This document shows positions 63,661-64,000 of a stretch of DNA of 64,000 nt, one piece after another; positions within the stretch are counted from its first letter, which is position 1; every line of letters begins with the position of its first letter. A model generated the notes under the pieces. It did not search any database, had not been told where the DNA came from, and worked only from the letters and a program-made list of their open reading frames with translations. Source of the DNA: Harriotta raleighana (Eukaryota); the NCBI GenBank assembly GCA_050575255.1, contig JBNZDD010013666.1, forward strand, positions 4,252,293-4,316,292. The letters run 5' to 3'. A program made the translations under genes and the position numbers.

Positions 63661-63924
63661 TTTTTTTGTAACTCACAATATACAAAAGAGTAACGAGATT
63701 ATTCTTTTTGCCTGCAGTAAAACATTAACTGGCAGGTCTGAACACTGGCCGACGAGAGAAACTGGTATTAATGAGCCCATCCAATGTCAGATACAATAAG
63801 GGCTCGAGGTGGACTTTTTTCACTTCTGGGTTCAAATTCAGTCCAAACAGAAAGGACAAAAGGGCCATCCAGTCTCCAGTGATTACAAATCCACAATACA
63901 ACACTAACATTATTATTATCACAC

Positions 63925-63960
63925 TTATAAGGCGAGTGCTCTAACGTCTGAGCTACAGGA
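63925..63960 (-). mobile_element. SINE head fragment
   Basis: aaggcgagtgctctaac...gagctacagga. Confidence 0.7.
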
Positions 63961-64000
63961 CTTGCTGAATAGGTTTGTGCTGAATTTGGAAAGATCACTT

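Larger units (their letters stand above)
58397..63685 (+). other. RNF220: Putative long RNF220 3' UTR (end uncertain)
   Basis: Follows the stop codon and is repeat-poor with many U-rich tracts. There are several AATAAA hexamers (e.g. 60201, 63655); which one is used is unknown. Confidence 0.5.

Noticed and set aside
1-64000. CRISPR array, prokaryotic operon or other novel multi-gene system
   Set aside because: There is no repeat-spacer periodicity and no long ORF; the window is explained by one spliced vertebrate gene plus interspersed repeats.

Overview
Eukaryotic (vertebrate) genomic DNA, probably from a cartilaginous fish. The organism is inferred from the SINE/LINE content and not confirmed. 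The window holds the 3' part of RNF220 (RING E3 ubiquitin ligase) on the + strand: nine coding exons from 7746 to the TGA at 58394-58396, all joining in frame, followed by a probable long 3' UTR. The upstream exons were not found and presumably lie left of the window. The introns carry about 40 copies or fragments of one tRNA-derived SINE, L2 and CR1 LINE 3' fragments, and several MITEs. Most ORFs in the supplied track are repeat read-throughs or chance ORFs. The most notable observations are: (1) a minor-spliceosome (U12-type) intron with a rare GC-AG boundary, (2) an alternative donor that toggles a 26-aa zinc finger, (3) a decayed partial duplicate of one exon, (4) a candidate poison exon, and (5) a probable local inversion through a SINE. 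I see no support for a wholly new biological system, CRISPR array or prokaryotic element.
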